64,000 bases of DNA from Eledone cirrhosa (GCA_964016885.1 OZ024742.1:371256001-371320000); one strand, 5' to 3'; numbered from the stretch's first letter, positions 15,001 to 28,485 are shown. Translations and numbers: made by a program. Notes: generated by a model from the sequence alone, not told the origin.

Positions 15001-18000
15001 CAGTTTCATGAACAAGCTGTATCTGTGATCAAACAAGTGGAACAGTTTCATGAACCAGCTGTTACTGTGATCAAACAAGTGGAACAGTTTCATGAACCAG
15101 TTGTTTCTGTGATCAAACAAGTGGAACAGTTTCATGAACCAGTTGTTTCTATGATCAAACAAGTGGAACAGTTTCATGAACCAGCTGTATCTGTGATCAA
15201 ACAAGTGGAACAGTTTCATGAACAAGCTGTTACTGTGATCAAACAAGTGGAACAGTTTCATGAACCAGGTGTATCTGTGATCAAACAAGTGGAACAGTTT
15301 CATGAACCAGCTGTATCTGTGATCAAACAAGTGGAACAGTTTCATGAACCAGTTGTTCCTGTGATCAAACAAGTGGAACAGTTTCATGAACCAGTTGTTC
15401 CTGTGATCAAACAAGTGGAACAGTTTCATGAACCAGTTGTTTCTGTGATCAAACAAGTGGAACAGTTTCATGAACCAGTTGTTCCTGTGATCAAACAAGT
15501 GGCACAGTTTCATGAACCAGTTGTTCCTGTGATCAAACAAGTGGAACAGTTTCATGAACCAGTTGTTTCTGTGATCAAACAAGTGGAACAGTTTCATGAA
15601 CCAGCTGTATTCTGTGATCAAACAAGTGGAACAGTTTCATGAACCAGCTGTATCTGTGATCAAACAAGTGGAACAGTTTCATGAACCAGTTGTTCCTGTG
15701 ATCAAACAAGTGGAACAGTTTCATGAACCAGTTGTTACTGTGATCAAACAAGTGGAACAGTTTCATGAACCAGTTGTTCCTGTGATCAAACAAGTGGAAC
15801 AGTTTCATGAACCAGTTATTCCTGTGATCAAACAAGTGGAACAGTTTCATGAACCAGTTGTTCCTGTGATCAAACAAGTGGAACAGTTTCATGAACCAGT
15901 TGTTCCTGTGATCAAACAAGTGGAACAGTTTCATGAACCAGTTGTTCCTGTGATCAAACAAGTGGAACAGTTTCATGAACCAGTTGTTTCTGTGGTCAAA
16001 CAAGTGGAACAGTTTCATGAACCAGCTGTATTCTGTGATCAAACAAGTGGAACAGTTTCATGAACCAGCTGTATTCTGTGATCAAACAAGTGGAACAGTT
16101 TCATGAACCAGCTGTATCTGTGATCAAACAAGTGGAACAGTTTCATGAACCAGTTGTTCCTGTGATCAAACAAGTGGAACAGTTTCATGAACCAGTTGTT
16201 CCTGTGATCAAACAAGTGGAACAGTTTCATGAACCAGTTGTTTCTGTGATCAAACAAGTGGAACAGTTTCATGAACCAGTTGTTTCTGTGATCAAACAAG
16301 TGGAACAGTTTCATGAACCGGTTGTTTCTGTGATCAAACAAGTGGAACAGTTTCATGAACCAGCTGTATCTGTGATCAAACAAGTGGAACAGTTTCATGA
16401 ACCAGTTGTTCCTGTGATCAAACAAGTGGAACAGTTTCATGAACCAGTTGTTACTGTGATCAAACAAGTGGAACAGTTTCATGAACCAGTTGTTCCTGTG
16501 ATCAAACAAGTGGAACAGTTTCATGAACCAGTTGTTCCTGTGATCAAACAAGTGGAACAGTTTCATGAACCAGTTGTTCCTGTGATCAAACAAGTGGAAC
16601 AGTTTCATGAACCAGTTGTTTCTGTGATCAAACAAGTGGAACAGTTTCATGAACCAGTTGTTCCTGTGATCAAACAAGTGGCACAGTTTCATGAACCAGT
16701 TGTTCCTGTGATCAAACAAGTGGAACAGTTTCATGAACCAGTTGTTTCTGTGATCAAACAAGTGGAACAGTTTCATGAACCAGCTGTATTCTGTGATCAA
16801 ACAAGTGGAACAGTTTCATGAACCAGCTGTATCTGTGATCAAACAAGTGGAACAGTTTCATGAACCAGTTGTTCCTGTGATCAAACAAGTGGAACAGTTT
16901 CATGAACCAGCTGTATCTGTGATCAAACAAGTGGAACAGTTTCATGAACCAGTTGTTCCTGTGATCAAACAAGTGGAACAGTTTCATGAACCAGTTGTTC
17001 CTGTGATCAAACAAGTGGAACAGTTTCATGAACCAGTTGTTTCTGTGATCAAACAAGTGGAACAGTTTCATGAACCAGTTGTTTCTGTGATCAAACAAGT
17101 GGAACAGTTTCATGAACCAGTTGTTTCTGTGATCAAACAAGTGGAACAGTTTCATGAACCAGCTGTATCTGTGATCAAACAAGTGGAACAGTTTCATGAA
17201 CCAGTTGTTCCTGTGATCAAACAAGTGGAACAGTTTCATGAACCAGTTGTTACTGTGATCAAACAAGTGGAACAGTTTCATGAACCAGTTGTTACTGTGA
17301 TCAAACAAGTGGAACAGTTTCATGAACCAGTTGTTCCTGTGATCAAACAAGTGGAACAGTTTCATGAACCAGTTGTTTCTGTGATCAAACAAGTGGAACA
17401 GTTTCATGAACCAGCTGTATTCTGTGATCAAACAAGTGGAACAGTTTCATGAACCAGTTGTTCCTGTGATCAAACAAGTGGAACAGTTTCATGAACCAGC
17501 TGTATCTGTGATCAAACAAGTGGAACAGTTTCATGAACCAGTTGTTTCTGTGATCAAACAAGTGGAACAGTTTCATGAACCAGTTGTTTCTGTGATCAAA
17601 CAAGTGGAACAGTTTCATGAACCAGTTGTTTCTGTGATCAAACAAGTGGAACAGTTTCATGAACCAGTTGTTTCTGTGATCAAACAAGTAGAACAGTTTC
17701 ATGAACCAGTTGTTTTTGTGATCAAACAAGTGGAACAGTTTCATGAACCGGTTGTTTCTGTGATCAAACAAGTGGAACAGTTTCATGAACCAGCTGTTCC
17801 TGTAATCAAACAAGTATAACAGTTTCATGCACTAGTTGTTTCTGTTTTCAAATAAGTGGAACAGTTTCATGAACCAGTTGTTACTGTGATCAAACAAGTG
17901 GAACAGTTTCATGAACCAGCTGTTCCTGTAATCAAACAAGTGGAACAGTTTCATGAACCTGTTGTTTCTGTGATCAAACAAGTAGAACAGTTTCATGAAC

Positions 18001-21000
18001 CAGTTGTTTCTGTGATCAAACAAGTGGAACAGTTTCATGAACCAGTTGTTTCTGTGATCAAACAAGTGGAACAGTTTCATAAACCAGTTGTTTCTGTGAT
18101 CAAACAAGTGGAACAGTTTCATGAACCAGTTGTATCTGTGATCAAACAAGTATAACAGTTTCATGAACCAGTTGTTAATGTGATCAAACAAGTAGAACAG
18201 TTTCATGAACCAGCTGTTTCTGTGATCAAACAAGTGGAACAGTTTCATGAACCAGTTGTTTCTCTGATCAAACAAGTGGAACAGTTTCATGAACCAGTTG
18301 TTCCTGTGATCAAACATGTGGAACAGTTTCATGAACCAGCTGTATTCTGTGATCAAACAAGTGGAAGAGTTTCATGAACCAGCTGTATCTGTGATCAAAC
18401 AAGTGGAACAGTTTCATGAACAAGCTGTATCTGTGATCAAACAAGTGGAACAGTTTCATGAACCAGCTGTTACTGTGATCAAACAAGTGGAACAGTTTCA
18501 TGAACCAGTTGTTTCTGTGATCAAACAAGTAGAACAGTTTCATGAACCAGTTGTTTCTGTGATCAAACAAGTGGAACAGTTTCATAAACCAGTTGTTTCT
18601 GTGATCAAACAAGTAGAACAGTTTCATGAACCAGCTGTTCCTGTAATCAAACAAGTGGAACAGTTTCTTGAACCAGCTGTTCCTGTAATCAAACAAGTGG
18701 AACAGTTTCATGAACCAGCTGTTCCTGTAATCAAACAAGTGGAACAGTTTCATGAACCAGCTGTATCTGTGATCAAACAACTGGAACAGTTTCATAAACC
18801 AGTTGTTTCTGTGATCAAACAAGTAGAACAGTTTCATAAACCAGTTGTTTCTGTGATCAAACAAGTGGCACAGTTTCATAAACCAATTGTTTCTGTGATC
18901 AAACAAGTGGAACAGTTTCATGAACCAGCTGTATCTGTGATCAAACAAGTATTACAGTTTCATGAACCAGTTGTTTCTGTGATCAAACAAGTGGAACAGT
19001 TTCATGAACCAGTTGTTACTGTGATCAAACAAGTGGAACAGTTTCATAAACCAGTTGTTTCTGTGATCAAACAAGTGGAACAGTTTCATGAACCAGCTGT
19101 ATCTGTGATCAAACAAGTAAAACAGTTTCATGAACCAGTTGTTTCTGTGATCAAACAAGTGGAACAGTTTCATGAACCAGTTGTTACTGTGATCAAACAA
19201 GTAGAACAGTTTCATGAACCAGTTGTTTCCGTGATCAAACAAGTAGAACAGTTTCATGAACCAGTTGTTTCTGTGATCAAACAAGTAGAACAGTTTCATG
19301 AACCAGTTGTTTCTGTGATCAAACAAGTAGAACAGTTTCATGAACCAGTTGTTTCTGTGATCAAACAAGTGGAACAGTTTCATGAACCAGCTGTTCCTGT
19401 GATCAAACAAGTGGAACAGTTTCATGAACCAGCTGTTCCTGTAATCAAACAAGTGGAACAGTTTCATGAACCAGCTGTTCTTGTAATCAAACAAGTATAA
19501 CAGTTTCATGAACCAGTTGTTAATGTGATCAAACAAGTAGAACAGTTTCATGAACCAGCTGTTTCTGTGATCAAACAAGTGGAACAGTTTCATGAACCAG
19601 TTGTTTCTGTGATCAAACAAGTGGAACAGTTTCATGAACCAGTTGTTTCTGTGATCAAACAAGTAGAACAGTTTCATGAACCAGCTGTTCCTGTAATCAA
19701 ACAAGTGGAACAGTTTCTTGAACCAGCTGTTCCTGTAATCAAACAAGTGGAACAGTTTCATGAACCAGCTGTTCCTGTAATCAAACAAGTGGAACAGTTT
19801 CATGAACCAGCTGTATCTGTGATCAAACAACTGGAACAGTTTCATAAACCAGTTGTTTCTGTGATCAAACAAGTAGAACAGTTTCATAAACCAGTTGTTT
19901 CTGTGATCAAACAAGTGGCACAGTTTCATAAACCAATTGTTTCTGTGATCAAACAAGTGGAACAGTTTCATGAACCAGCTGTATCTGTGATCAAACAAGT
20001 ATTACAGTTTCATGAACCAGTTGTTTCTGTGATCAAACAAGTGGAACAGTTTCATGAACCAGTTGTTACTGTGATCAAACAAGTGGAACAGTTTCATAAA
20101 CCAGTTGTTTCTGTGATCAAACAAGTGGAACAGTTTCATGAACCAGCTGTATCTGTGATCAAACAAGTAAAACAGTTTCATGAACCAGTTGTTTCTGTGA
20201 TCAAACAAGTGGAACAGTTTCATGAACCAGTTGTTACTGTGATCAAACAAGTAGAACAGTTTCATGAACCAGTTGTTTCCGTGATCAAACAAGTAGAACA
20301 GTTTCATGAACCAGTTGTTTCTGTGATCAAACAAGTAGAACAGTTTCATGAACCAGTTGTTTCTGTGATCAAACAAGTAGAACAGTTTCATGAACCAGTT
20401 GTTTCTGTGATCAAACAAGTGGAACAGTTTCATGAACCAGCTGTTCCTGTGATCAAACAAGTGGAACAGTTTCATGAACCAGCTGTTCCTGTAATCAAAC
20501 AAGTGGAACAGTTTCATGAACCAGCTGTTCTTGTAATCAAACAAGTATAACAGTTTCATGAACCAGTTGTTAATGTGATCAAACAAGTAGAACAGTTTCA
20601 TGAACCAGCTGTTTCTGTGATCAAACAAGTGGAACAGTTTCATGAACCAGTTGTTTCTGTGATCAAACAAGTGGAACAGTTTCATGAACCAGTTGTTTCT
20701 GTGATCAAACAAGTAGAACAGTTTCATGAACCAGCTGTTCCTGTGATCAAACAAGTAGAACAGTTTCACGAACCAGTTGTTTCTCTGATCAAACAAGTGG
20801 AACAGTTTCATGAACCAGCTGTTCCTGTGATCAAACAAGTGGAACAGTTTCATGAACCAGCCGTTCCTGTGATCAAACAAGTGGAACAGTTTCATGAACC
20901 AGTTGTTTCTGTGATCAAACAAGTGGAACAGTTTCATGAACCAGTTGTTTCTGTCATCAAACAAGTGGAACAGTTTCATGAACCAGCTGTTCCTGTGATC

Positions 21001-22107
21001 AAACAAGTGGAACAGTTTCATGAACAAGCTGTTACTGTGATCAAACAAGTGGAACAGTTTCATGAACCAGTTGTTTCTGTGATCAAACAAGTGGAACAGT
21101 TTCATGAACCAGTTGTTCCTGTGATCAAACAAGTGGAACAGTTTCATGAACCAGTTGTTCCTGTGATCAAACAAGTGGAACAGTTTCATGAACCAGTTGT
21201 TTCTGTGATCAAACAAGTGGAACAGTTTCATGAACAAGCTGTTACTGTGATCAAACAAGTGGAACAGTTTCATGAACCAGTTGTTTCTGTGATCAAACAA
21301 GTGGAACAGTTTCATGAACCAGCCGTTCCTGTGATCAAACAAGTGGAACAGTTTCATGAACCAGCTGTTACTGTTATCAAACAAGTGGAACAGTTTCATG
21401 AACCAGTTGTTTCTGTGATCAAACAAGTGGAACAGTTTCATGAACCAGTTGTTTCTGTGATCAAACAAGTGGAACAGTTTCATGAACCAGCTGTTCCTGT
21501 GATCAAACAAGTGGAACAGTTTCATGAACAAGCTGTTACTGTGATCAAACAAGTGGAACAGTTTCATGAACCAGTTGTTTCTGTGATCAAACAAGTGGAA
21601 CAGTTTCATGAACCAGTTGTTCCTGTGATCAAACAAGTGGAACAGTTTCATGAACCAGTTGTTCCTGTGATCAAACAAGTGGAACAGTTTCATGAACCAG
21701 TTGTTTCTGTGATCAAACAAGTGGAACAGTTTCATGAACAAGCTGTTACTGTGATCAAACAAGTGGAACAGTTTCATGAACCAGTTGTTTCTGTGATCAA
21801 ACAAGTGGAACAGTTTCATGAACCAGCCGTTCCTGTGATCAAACAAGTGGAACAGTTTCATGAACCAGCTGTTACTGTTATCAAACAAGTGGAACAGTTT
21901 CATGAACCAGTTGTTTCTGTGATCAAACAAGTGGAACAGATTCATGAACCAGTTGTTACTGTGATCAAACAAGTGGAACAGTTTCATGAACCAGCTGTAT
22001 CTGTGATCAAACAAGTAGAACAGTTTCATGAACCAGCTGTATCTTTGATCAAACAAGTAGAACACTTTCATGAACCAGCTGTTTCTGTGATCAAACAAGT
22101 GGAACAA
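1..22107. repeat. 42-bp tandem satellite (consensus CATGAACCAGTTGTTTCTGTGATCAAACAAGTGGAACAGTTT), about 525 copies, runs off the left edge; most likely intronic to TOR
   Basis: Period is read directly. Variation is concentrated in the GYTGTWYC segment, with occasional 39-, 41- and 43-bp units. The array ends abruptly at ...gtggaacaatcattg. The next exon downstream is an internal TOR exon. Confidence 0.97.
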
Positions 22108-22156
22108 TCATTGTAAAAACTAACAGAGGTCCATCTCTGTTATAAAACTTCTTTAA

Positions 22157-22736
22157 TCCTTTAGTATTTATATAACTCTGGAGTATTTATATTATCATGG
22201 AGGCACATGGCTTAGTGGTTAGAGCATTGGCCTTGCAATCGAAAGGTTGTGAGTTCTATTCTCAGACTGGGTGATGCTTTGTTTCCTTGAGCAAGACACT
22301 TTATTTCACATTGCTCCAGTTTACTCAGCTGTAGAAATGAGATGATAGGGACTGGGGTCCCTAGCATTCCACTGCAAAGTGGTCGTGTAGGTGCTACAAC
22401 AAAAAAGCACCCAGTACTCAATGTAAATGAGGTTGGAGTTAGGAAGGGCATCCAGCTGTAGAAATCAAGCCAGAATCAGTTCCCGTCCCACCCTTGCAAG
22501 CAGGGAAAAGTGGACGTAAAATGAAATGATGAAAATGATGATGAAATGATGATTACTCTATATTTACTATTGAATTTTCATGATTATCTCCCATAATATT
22601 GAATCTATGAGATTTTGATATATATTATTTTGAGAACAATACCTTAACATCAGTATGAGTGGCCGGTTACAGCCAGTTTGAACAGAAAGAGGTGAGAGAA
22701 TTCTGGACGGATATAGTCGGTTTAAATGCTAAAGGG
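22157..22736. mobile_element. Non-autonomous piggyBac-type MITE interrupted by a SINE
   Basis: Ends are TTAA-TCCTTTAGTATTTA and TAAATGCTAAAGGG-TCAA. The body matches the uninterrupted copy at 36228-36442. Confidence 0.75.
22195..22552 (+). mobile_element. tRNA-derived SINE-like element with (GAT)n tail
   Basis: tRNA-like head (ggcttagtggttagagca...gtgagttctattc) and a gatgatgatga tail. The 3' part recurs elsewhere in the window, e.g. 36930-37175. Confidence 0.65.
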
Positions 22737-22772
22737 TCAATTCAGTGAAATATTACTATTATTCTTCAACAG

Positions 22773-22856
22773 GTATTGATTCCTAAGTTAAAAGAACCTG
22801 ATCCCCACCCTGGTGTCACAATCAGTGTATTAGCTGCCATTGGAGAACAAGCTGAG
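22773..22856 (+). CDS. MTOR: TOR kinase exon (first in window): VLIPKLKEPDPHPGVTISVLAAIGEQAE
   Basis: cag|GTA...GAG|gtaag, 84 nt, phase 0/0. Matches the mTOR HEAT region as I recall it (LILKLKDPDPDPNPGVINNVLATIGELAQ). Confidence 0.92.
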
Positions 22857-23325
22857 GTAAGGAAAATATTTTGGGTTTAAATAAATATTCAAGTAGATTT
22901 ATCATTCTTTTTTCATACTTTTCTTTCTTTTTTATCTCTTATCTCTCTCTTTCTATTCTTGCTCTTATATTTCTTTGTCTTTTTCTCCCCCTCCACTCTC
23001 ATTAAGACATCATTCAAAATACTTTGTGGTATTCCGGTCTTTACATCATATGTTCACATCTGACTTTGGCCAACTTGGTTGATTTCATTTGTTTGTCCAG
23101 TTTAACACCACTAGCTGACCTTTCAGTGTCTTTAGTAGAGTCCAATCTGTTGCAAGAGTTTTGGCCAGGTCTCCAGCTTGAGGATACTTTCTTCCTGCCA
23201 ATCTCATAGGCCCTAAAAAGGGGTCACATGCATCGATCTTTCCTTCCTGACTAGTAAAAAAAAGAAGAAAAAAGAGACCATTTTTTACACTTATTTTCCT
23301 ATGCTTACATAGATTTTCTTTGTTA

Positions 23326-23508
23326 TATAAGGGGGTGCTGAAAAATTCCTGGCTTTGGGTAAAATACAGGAGGATGAGTTAATTATTCAACATATTCCCT
23401 GCTCAGATTCACACACTTATTACAGTGGTTCTACCTCCCCTGTAAAGGTAACAGCTCTACACTTTTGCAATACACTTAAAGCCAGGAACTTTTCAGCATC
23501 ACCTTATA
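23326..23508. mobile_element. Mariner-like MITE
   Basis: About 30-bp terminal inverted repeats (taagggggtgctgaaaaattcctggcttt / aaagccaggaacttttcagcatcacctta) flanked by TA. Confidence 0.7.
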
Positions 23509-23549
23509 CAGTGTGTTATTACCAAGCCATTAAATACTGATTGAGATTA

Positions 23550-23900
23550 ATCATCATCAGCTTCATGCTTACACATGGCCTAGTTCTGTCCAGTACAATC
23601 TCACCCTCTCCACTTTCCTGTGTCATCTCTCTGGTTTTTTACCACTTAACAAGTCTTCCTTAGTCTTTCTCTCCCGTTGCTTCCTTCCACTTGGAACTCT
23701 TCACACTTCTTATGATATGTCATCCATGTACATCACATGTCTATACCAGCGCAGCCGTCTCCAGCATGCTACATCTGATTCCTCTTCTACCTAGTTTTTT
23801 TTCTCAGCTCATCAGTACTTCATCGTTCATGTACACTAATATTACACATCCAACAAAGCATGCTCAGTTCATTTCTCTCCTGTCTTCATATATCCTCTAC
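23550..23900 (-). mobile_element. Decayed RTE-type LINE 3' fragment, continuous with the 32-bp satellite
   Basis: The minus strand reads VNVEDI*RQERNELSMLCWMCNISVHER*STDELRKK/LGRRGIRCSMLE..RLRWYRHVMYMDD. This is collinear with the LINE ORF at 40543-41430 (AEDIRRLERNEACMLRWMCNSNIREQLSINELRKKLEIRGIRCCLLERRLRWYGHVMRMKDD). Confidence 0.88.
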
Positions 23901-26900
23901 ATTGACAACCCCCATCTTCATATATCCTCTACATTGACAGCCCATGTCTTCATATATCCTCTACATTGACAACCCCCCGTCTTCATATATCCTCTACATT
24001 GACAACCCCCGTCTTCATATATCCTCTACATTGACAGCCCATGTCTTCATATAACCTCTACATTGACAGCCCCCATCTTCATATATCCTCTACATTGACA
24101 GCCCCCATCTTCATATATCCTCTACATTGACAGCCCCCATCTTCATATATCCTCTACATTGACAGCCCCCATCTTCATATATCCTCTACATTGACAGCCC
24201 CCGTCTTCATATATCCTCTACATTGACAGCCCCCATCTTCATATATCCTCTACATTGAGAGCCCATGTCTTCATATAACCTCTACATTGACAGCCCCCAT
24301 CTTCATATATCCTCTACATTGACAGCCCCCATCTTCATATATCCTCTACATTGACAGCCCCCATCTTCATATATCCTCTACATTGACAGCCCCCATCTTC
24401 ATATATCCTCTACATTGACAGCCCCCATCTTCATATATCCTCTACATTGAGAGCCCCCATCTTCATATATCCTCTACATTGACAGCCCCCATCTTCATAT
24501 ATCCTCTACATTGACAGCCCCCGTCTTCATATATCCTCTACATTGACAGCCCCCATCTTCATATATCCTCTACATTGACAGCCCCCATCTTCATATATCC
24601 TCTACATTGAGAGCCCCCATCTTCATATATCCTCTACATTGACAGCCCCCATCTTCATATATCCTCTACATTGACAGCCCCCGTCTTCATATATCCTCTA
24701 CATTGACAGCCCCCGTCTTCATATATCCTCTACATTGACAGCCCCCGTCTTCATATATCCTCTACATTGACAGCCCCCATCTTCATATATCCTCTACATT
24801 GACAGCCCCCGTCTTCATATATCCTCTACATTGACAGCCCCCATCTTCATATATCCTCTACATTGAGAGCCCATGTCTTCATATAACCTCTACATTGACA
24901 ACCCCCATCTTCATATATCCTCTACATTGACAGCCCCCCGTCTTCATAAATCCTCTACATTGACAGCCCCCGTCTTCATAAATCCTTTACATTGACAGCC
25001 CCCGTCTTCATAAATCCTTTACATTGACAGCCCCCGTCTTCATATATCCTCTACATTGACAGCCCCCGTCTTCATAAATCCTCTACATTGAGAGCCCATG
25101 TCTTCATATATCCTCTACATTGACAGCCCCCATCTTCATATATCCTCTACATTGAGAGCCCATGTCTTCATATAACCTCTACATTGACAGCCCCCATCTT
25201 CATATATCCTCTACATTGACAGCCCCCATCTTCATATATCCTCTACATTGACAGCCCCCATCTTCATATATCCTCTACATTGACAGCCCCCATCTTCATA
25301 TATCCTCTACATTGACAGCCCCCGTCTTCATATATCCTCTACATTGAGAGCCCCCATCTTCATATATCCTCTACATTGACAGCCCCCATCTTCATATATC
25401 CTCTACATTGACAGCCCCCGTCTTCATATATCCTCTACATTGACAGCCCCCGTCTTCATATATCCTCTACATTGACAGCCCCCGTCTTCATATATCCTCT
25501 ACATTGACAGCCCCCATCTTCATATATCCTCTACATTGACAGCCCCCGTCTTCATATATCCTCTACATTGACAGCCCCCATCTTCATATATCCTCTACAT
25601 TGAGAGCCCATGTCTTCATATAACCTCTACATTGACAACCCCCATCTTCATATATCCTCTACATTGACAGCCCCCCGTCTTCATAAATCCTCTACATTGA
25701 CAGCCCCCGTCTTCATAAATCCTTTACATTGACAGCCCCCGTCTTCATAAATCCTTTACATTGACAGCCCCCGTCTTCATATATCCTCTACATTGACAGC
25801 CCCCGTCTTCATAAATCCTCTACATTGACAGCCCCCGTCTTCATATATCCTCTACATTGACAGCCCCCATCTTCATATATCCTCTACATTGACAGCCCCC
25901 GTCTTCATATATCCTCTACATTGACAGCCCCCGTCTTCATATATCCTCTACATTGACAGCCCCCATCTTCATATATCCTCTACATTGACAGCCCCCATCT
26001 TCATATATCCTCTACATTGACAGCCCCCGTCTTCATAAATCCTCTACATTGACAGCCCCCGTCTTCATATATCCTCTACATTCACAGCCCCTGTCTCCCT
26101 ATATCCTCTACATTGACAGCCCCTGTCTCCCTATATCCTCTACATTGACAGCCTCCATCTTCATATATCCTCTACATTCACAGCCCCTGTCTTCATATAT
26201 CCTCTACATTGACAGCCCCCGTCTTCATATATCCTCTACATTGACGGCCCCCATCTTCATATATCCTCTACATTCACAGCCCCCATCTTCATATATTCTC
26301 TAAATTCACAGCCCCCCATCTTCATATAGCCTCTACATTGACAGCCGCCATCTTCATATATCCTCTATATTGACAGCCCCTGTCTTCATATATCCTCTAC
26401 ATTGACAGCCTCCATCTTCATATATCCTCTACATTGACAGCCCCCGTCTTCATATATCCTCTACATTGACAGCCCCCGTCTTATATCCTCTACATTGACA
26501 GACCCTGTCTTCATATATCCTCTACATTGACAGCCCCCGTCTTCATATATCCTCTACATTGACGGCTCCCATCTTCATATATCCTCTACATTGACAGCCC
26601 CCATCTTCATATATCCTCTAAATCACAGACCCTGTCTTCATATATCCTCTACATTCACAGCCCCCATCTTCATATAGCCTCTACATTGACAGCCCCCATC
26701 TTCATATATCCTCTATATTGACAGCCCCTGTCTTCATATATCCTCTACATTGTCAGCCCCCTTCTTCATATATCCTCTAAATCACAGCCCCTGTCTTCAT
26801 ATATCCTCTACATTGACAGCCCCAATCTTCATATATCCTCCAAATTCACAGGCCCCATCTTCATATATCCTCTATATTGACAGCCCCTGTCTTCATATAT

Positions 26901-27232
26901 CCTCTACATTGACAGCCCCCATCTTCATATATCCTCTAAATCACAGCCCCATCTTCATATATCCTCTACATTGACAGCCCATGTCTTCATATATCCTCTA
27001 CATTGACAGCCCCCATCTTCATATATCCTCTACATTGACAGCCCCCATCTTCATATATCCTCTACATTGACAGCCCCCATCTTCATATATCCTCTACATT
27101 GACAGCCCCCATCTTCATATATCCTCTACATTGACAGCCCCCATCTTCATATATCCTCTACATTGACAGCTCCCATCTTCATATATCCTCTACATTGACA
27201 GCCCCCATCTTCATATATCCTCTACATTGACA
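23881..27232. repeat. 32-bp tandem satellite (CTTCATATATCCTCTACATTGACAGCCCCCRT), about 105 copies, LINE-derived
   Basis: Period is read directly. An internal block is repeated at a 737-bp offset (marker tgagagcccatgtcttcatataacctctacattgacaacc at 24864 and 25601). Confidence 0.96.
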
Positions 27233-27315
27233 GGCCTTGTCTCATATTGTTCTTGAATGTTAATGAACAAAATATGTATTTTTAAATGCTATTTCTTTTT
27301 TAAAATCTATTTTAG

Positions 27316-27408
27316 GTTAGTGGTTTGGAGATGAGGAAATGGGTTGATGAATTACTGCCTATTATTCTGAATACCTTACAGGATCTCACATCTGTTGAGA
27401 AAAGAGAA
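27316..27408 (+). CDS. MTOR: TOR exon: VSGLEMRKWVDELLPIILNTLQDLTSVEKRE
   Basis: tag|GTT...GAA|gtaaat, 93 nt. Contains the mTOR motif VSGLEMRKWVDEL. Confidence 0.93.
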
Positions 27409-27469
27409 GTAAATATAGATTTATTTTCATATGATGTCTTCTCTTCTCTTCTTTTTCACCCTCTTATCA

Positions 27470-27850
27470 CTGACAGGGTCATGTTGACAGTCCTTAAACA
27501 CTCCTTCCAGTGAGTTCCGTCAGAAGCAACTGTCTCCAACTAATCCAGCTGGATACCCAAGTGAGACCAGCCAAGCTCATGGATGTTATCCAACCATCTT
27601 GCTCAGTATCTACCCCTGGATCTCCTGTTGGTTTTGCCCATAAAATCTGTCCAGTGATTCTTTCCCGAGACATTCTAACCACATGTCCATTGTATCGCAG
27701 CTGTGATCTCTCAATTCGGAGTTGTGGCTCTAGCTGGAGTGACTCTGATCTCCAAGTTATGGACTCTATTAAGTAACGTTACTCCAAAGACCTTTCGGGG
27801 AAATCCCATTTCGGCTGCTTGTATTTGCGATCATATTCTTTCAGTCATCA
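27470..27850 (-). mobile_element. Decayed LINE (RTE-like) 3' ORF remnant
   Basis: The minus strand reads ...GHVVRMSRERITGQILWAKPTG..., resembling an RTE C-terminus. A related copy lies at 29370-29670. Confidence 0.6.
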
Positions 27851-28045
27851 TTTGATGTCATGTTATGAAATTTCCCATTATCAGGCAGCAAATTTGTTAG
27901 AGCATCATATTAAATACCTTGGAGTATTTTTCTGCCTCTCTCCCTCTCTCTCAGTTCAAATCACACTGAATTCAACATTGCCGTTCATCCTTTTAGTGGA
28001 AATGTTTGTTGTGAAAATTTGCAGCATGAGAGAAGACTTTCGTTT

Positions 28046-28255
28046 TTAATGTGATGCAGTCACAATGTTGTTAAATTTCGAGCATTATAAGTAAAGACTT
28101 AAATATTTAATGTGATGCAGTTACAGTGCTGTTAAATTTCGAGCAGTATAAGTAAAGACTTAAATATTTAATGTGATGCAGTTACAGTGCTGTTAAATTT
28201 CGAGCAGTATAAGTAAAGACTTAAATATTTAATGTGATGCAGTTACAGTGCTGTT
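28046..28255. repeat. 61-bp tandem repeat, about 3.4 copies
   Basis: aatgtgatgcag recurs at 28048, 28109, 28170 and 28231. Confidence 0.9.
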
Positions 28256-28350
28256 TTGTATCTTTCAAGAATATCTTCCAAATGCAATTTCATGTGGTAC
28301 ATGACTTTTATAAATTAACAAATTAACTTAAAATGTTCTTTCTATTTCAG

Positions 28351-28485
28351 GTTTCTCTCTGGACTTTAGGACAGTTGATTGAGAGCACTGGGTATGTTGT
28401 AGAGCCTTACCAAAAATATCCTGCTCTGCTTGGAATTCTTCTTAATTTCATGAAAACTGAACAGACACACAGTGTCAGACGGGAG
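28351..28485 (+). CDS. MTOR: TOR exon: VSLWTLGQLIESTGYVVEPYQKYPALLGILLNFMKTEQTHSVRRE
   Basis: cag|GTT...GAG|gttagt, 135 nt. Contains the conserved TOR motif LWTLGQL..STGYVVEPY.KYP. Confidence 0.95.

Noticed and set aside
1-22107. CRISPR-like array (constant part plus short variable part)
   Set aside because: The variable segment consists of only a few point variants of the same sequence rather than unique spacers. The context is eukaryotic and there are no cas genes.
119-22116. Long repetitive ORFs on both strands (IKQVEQFHEPVVSV / MKLFHLFDHRNNWF) as a repeat protein
   Set aside because: They arise from a 42-bp (3n) unit that lacks stops in those frames. Frameshifting units and stops are scattered through the array, there is no unique N- or C-terminus, and it lies upstream of an internal TOR exon.
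22199-22275. tRNA gene
   Set aside because: The tRNA-like head is degenerate and continues into a SINE body and tail, and no complete cloverleaf is evident.
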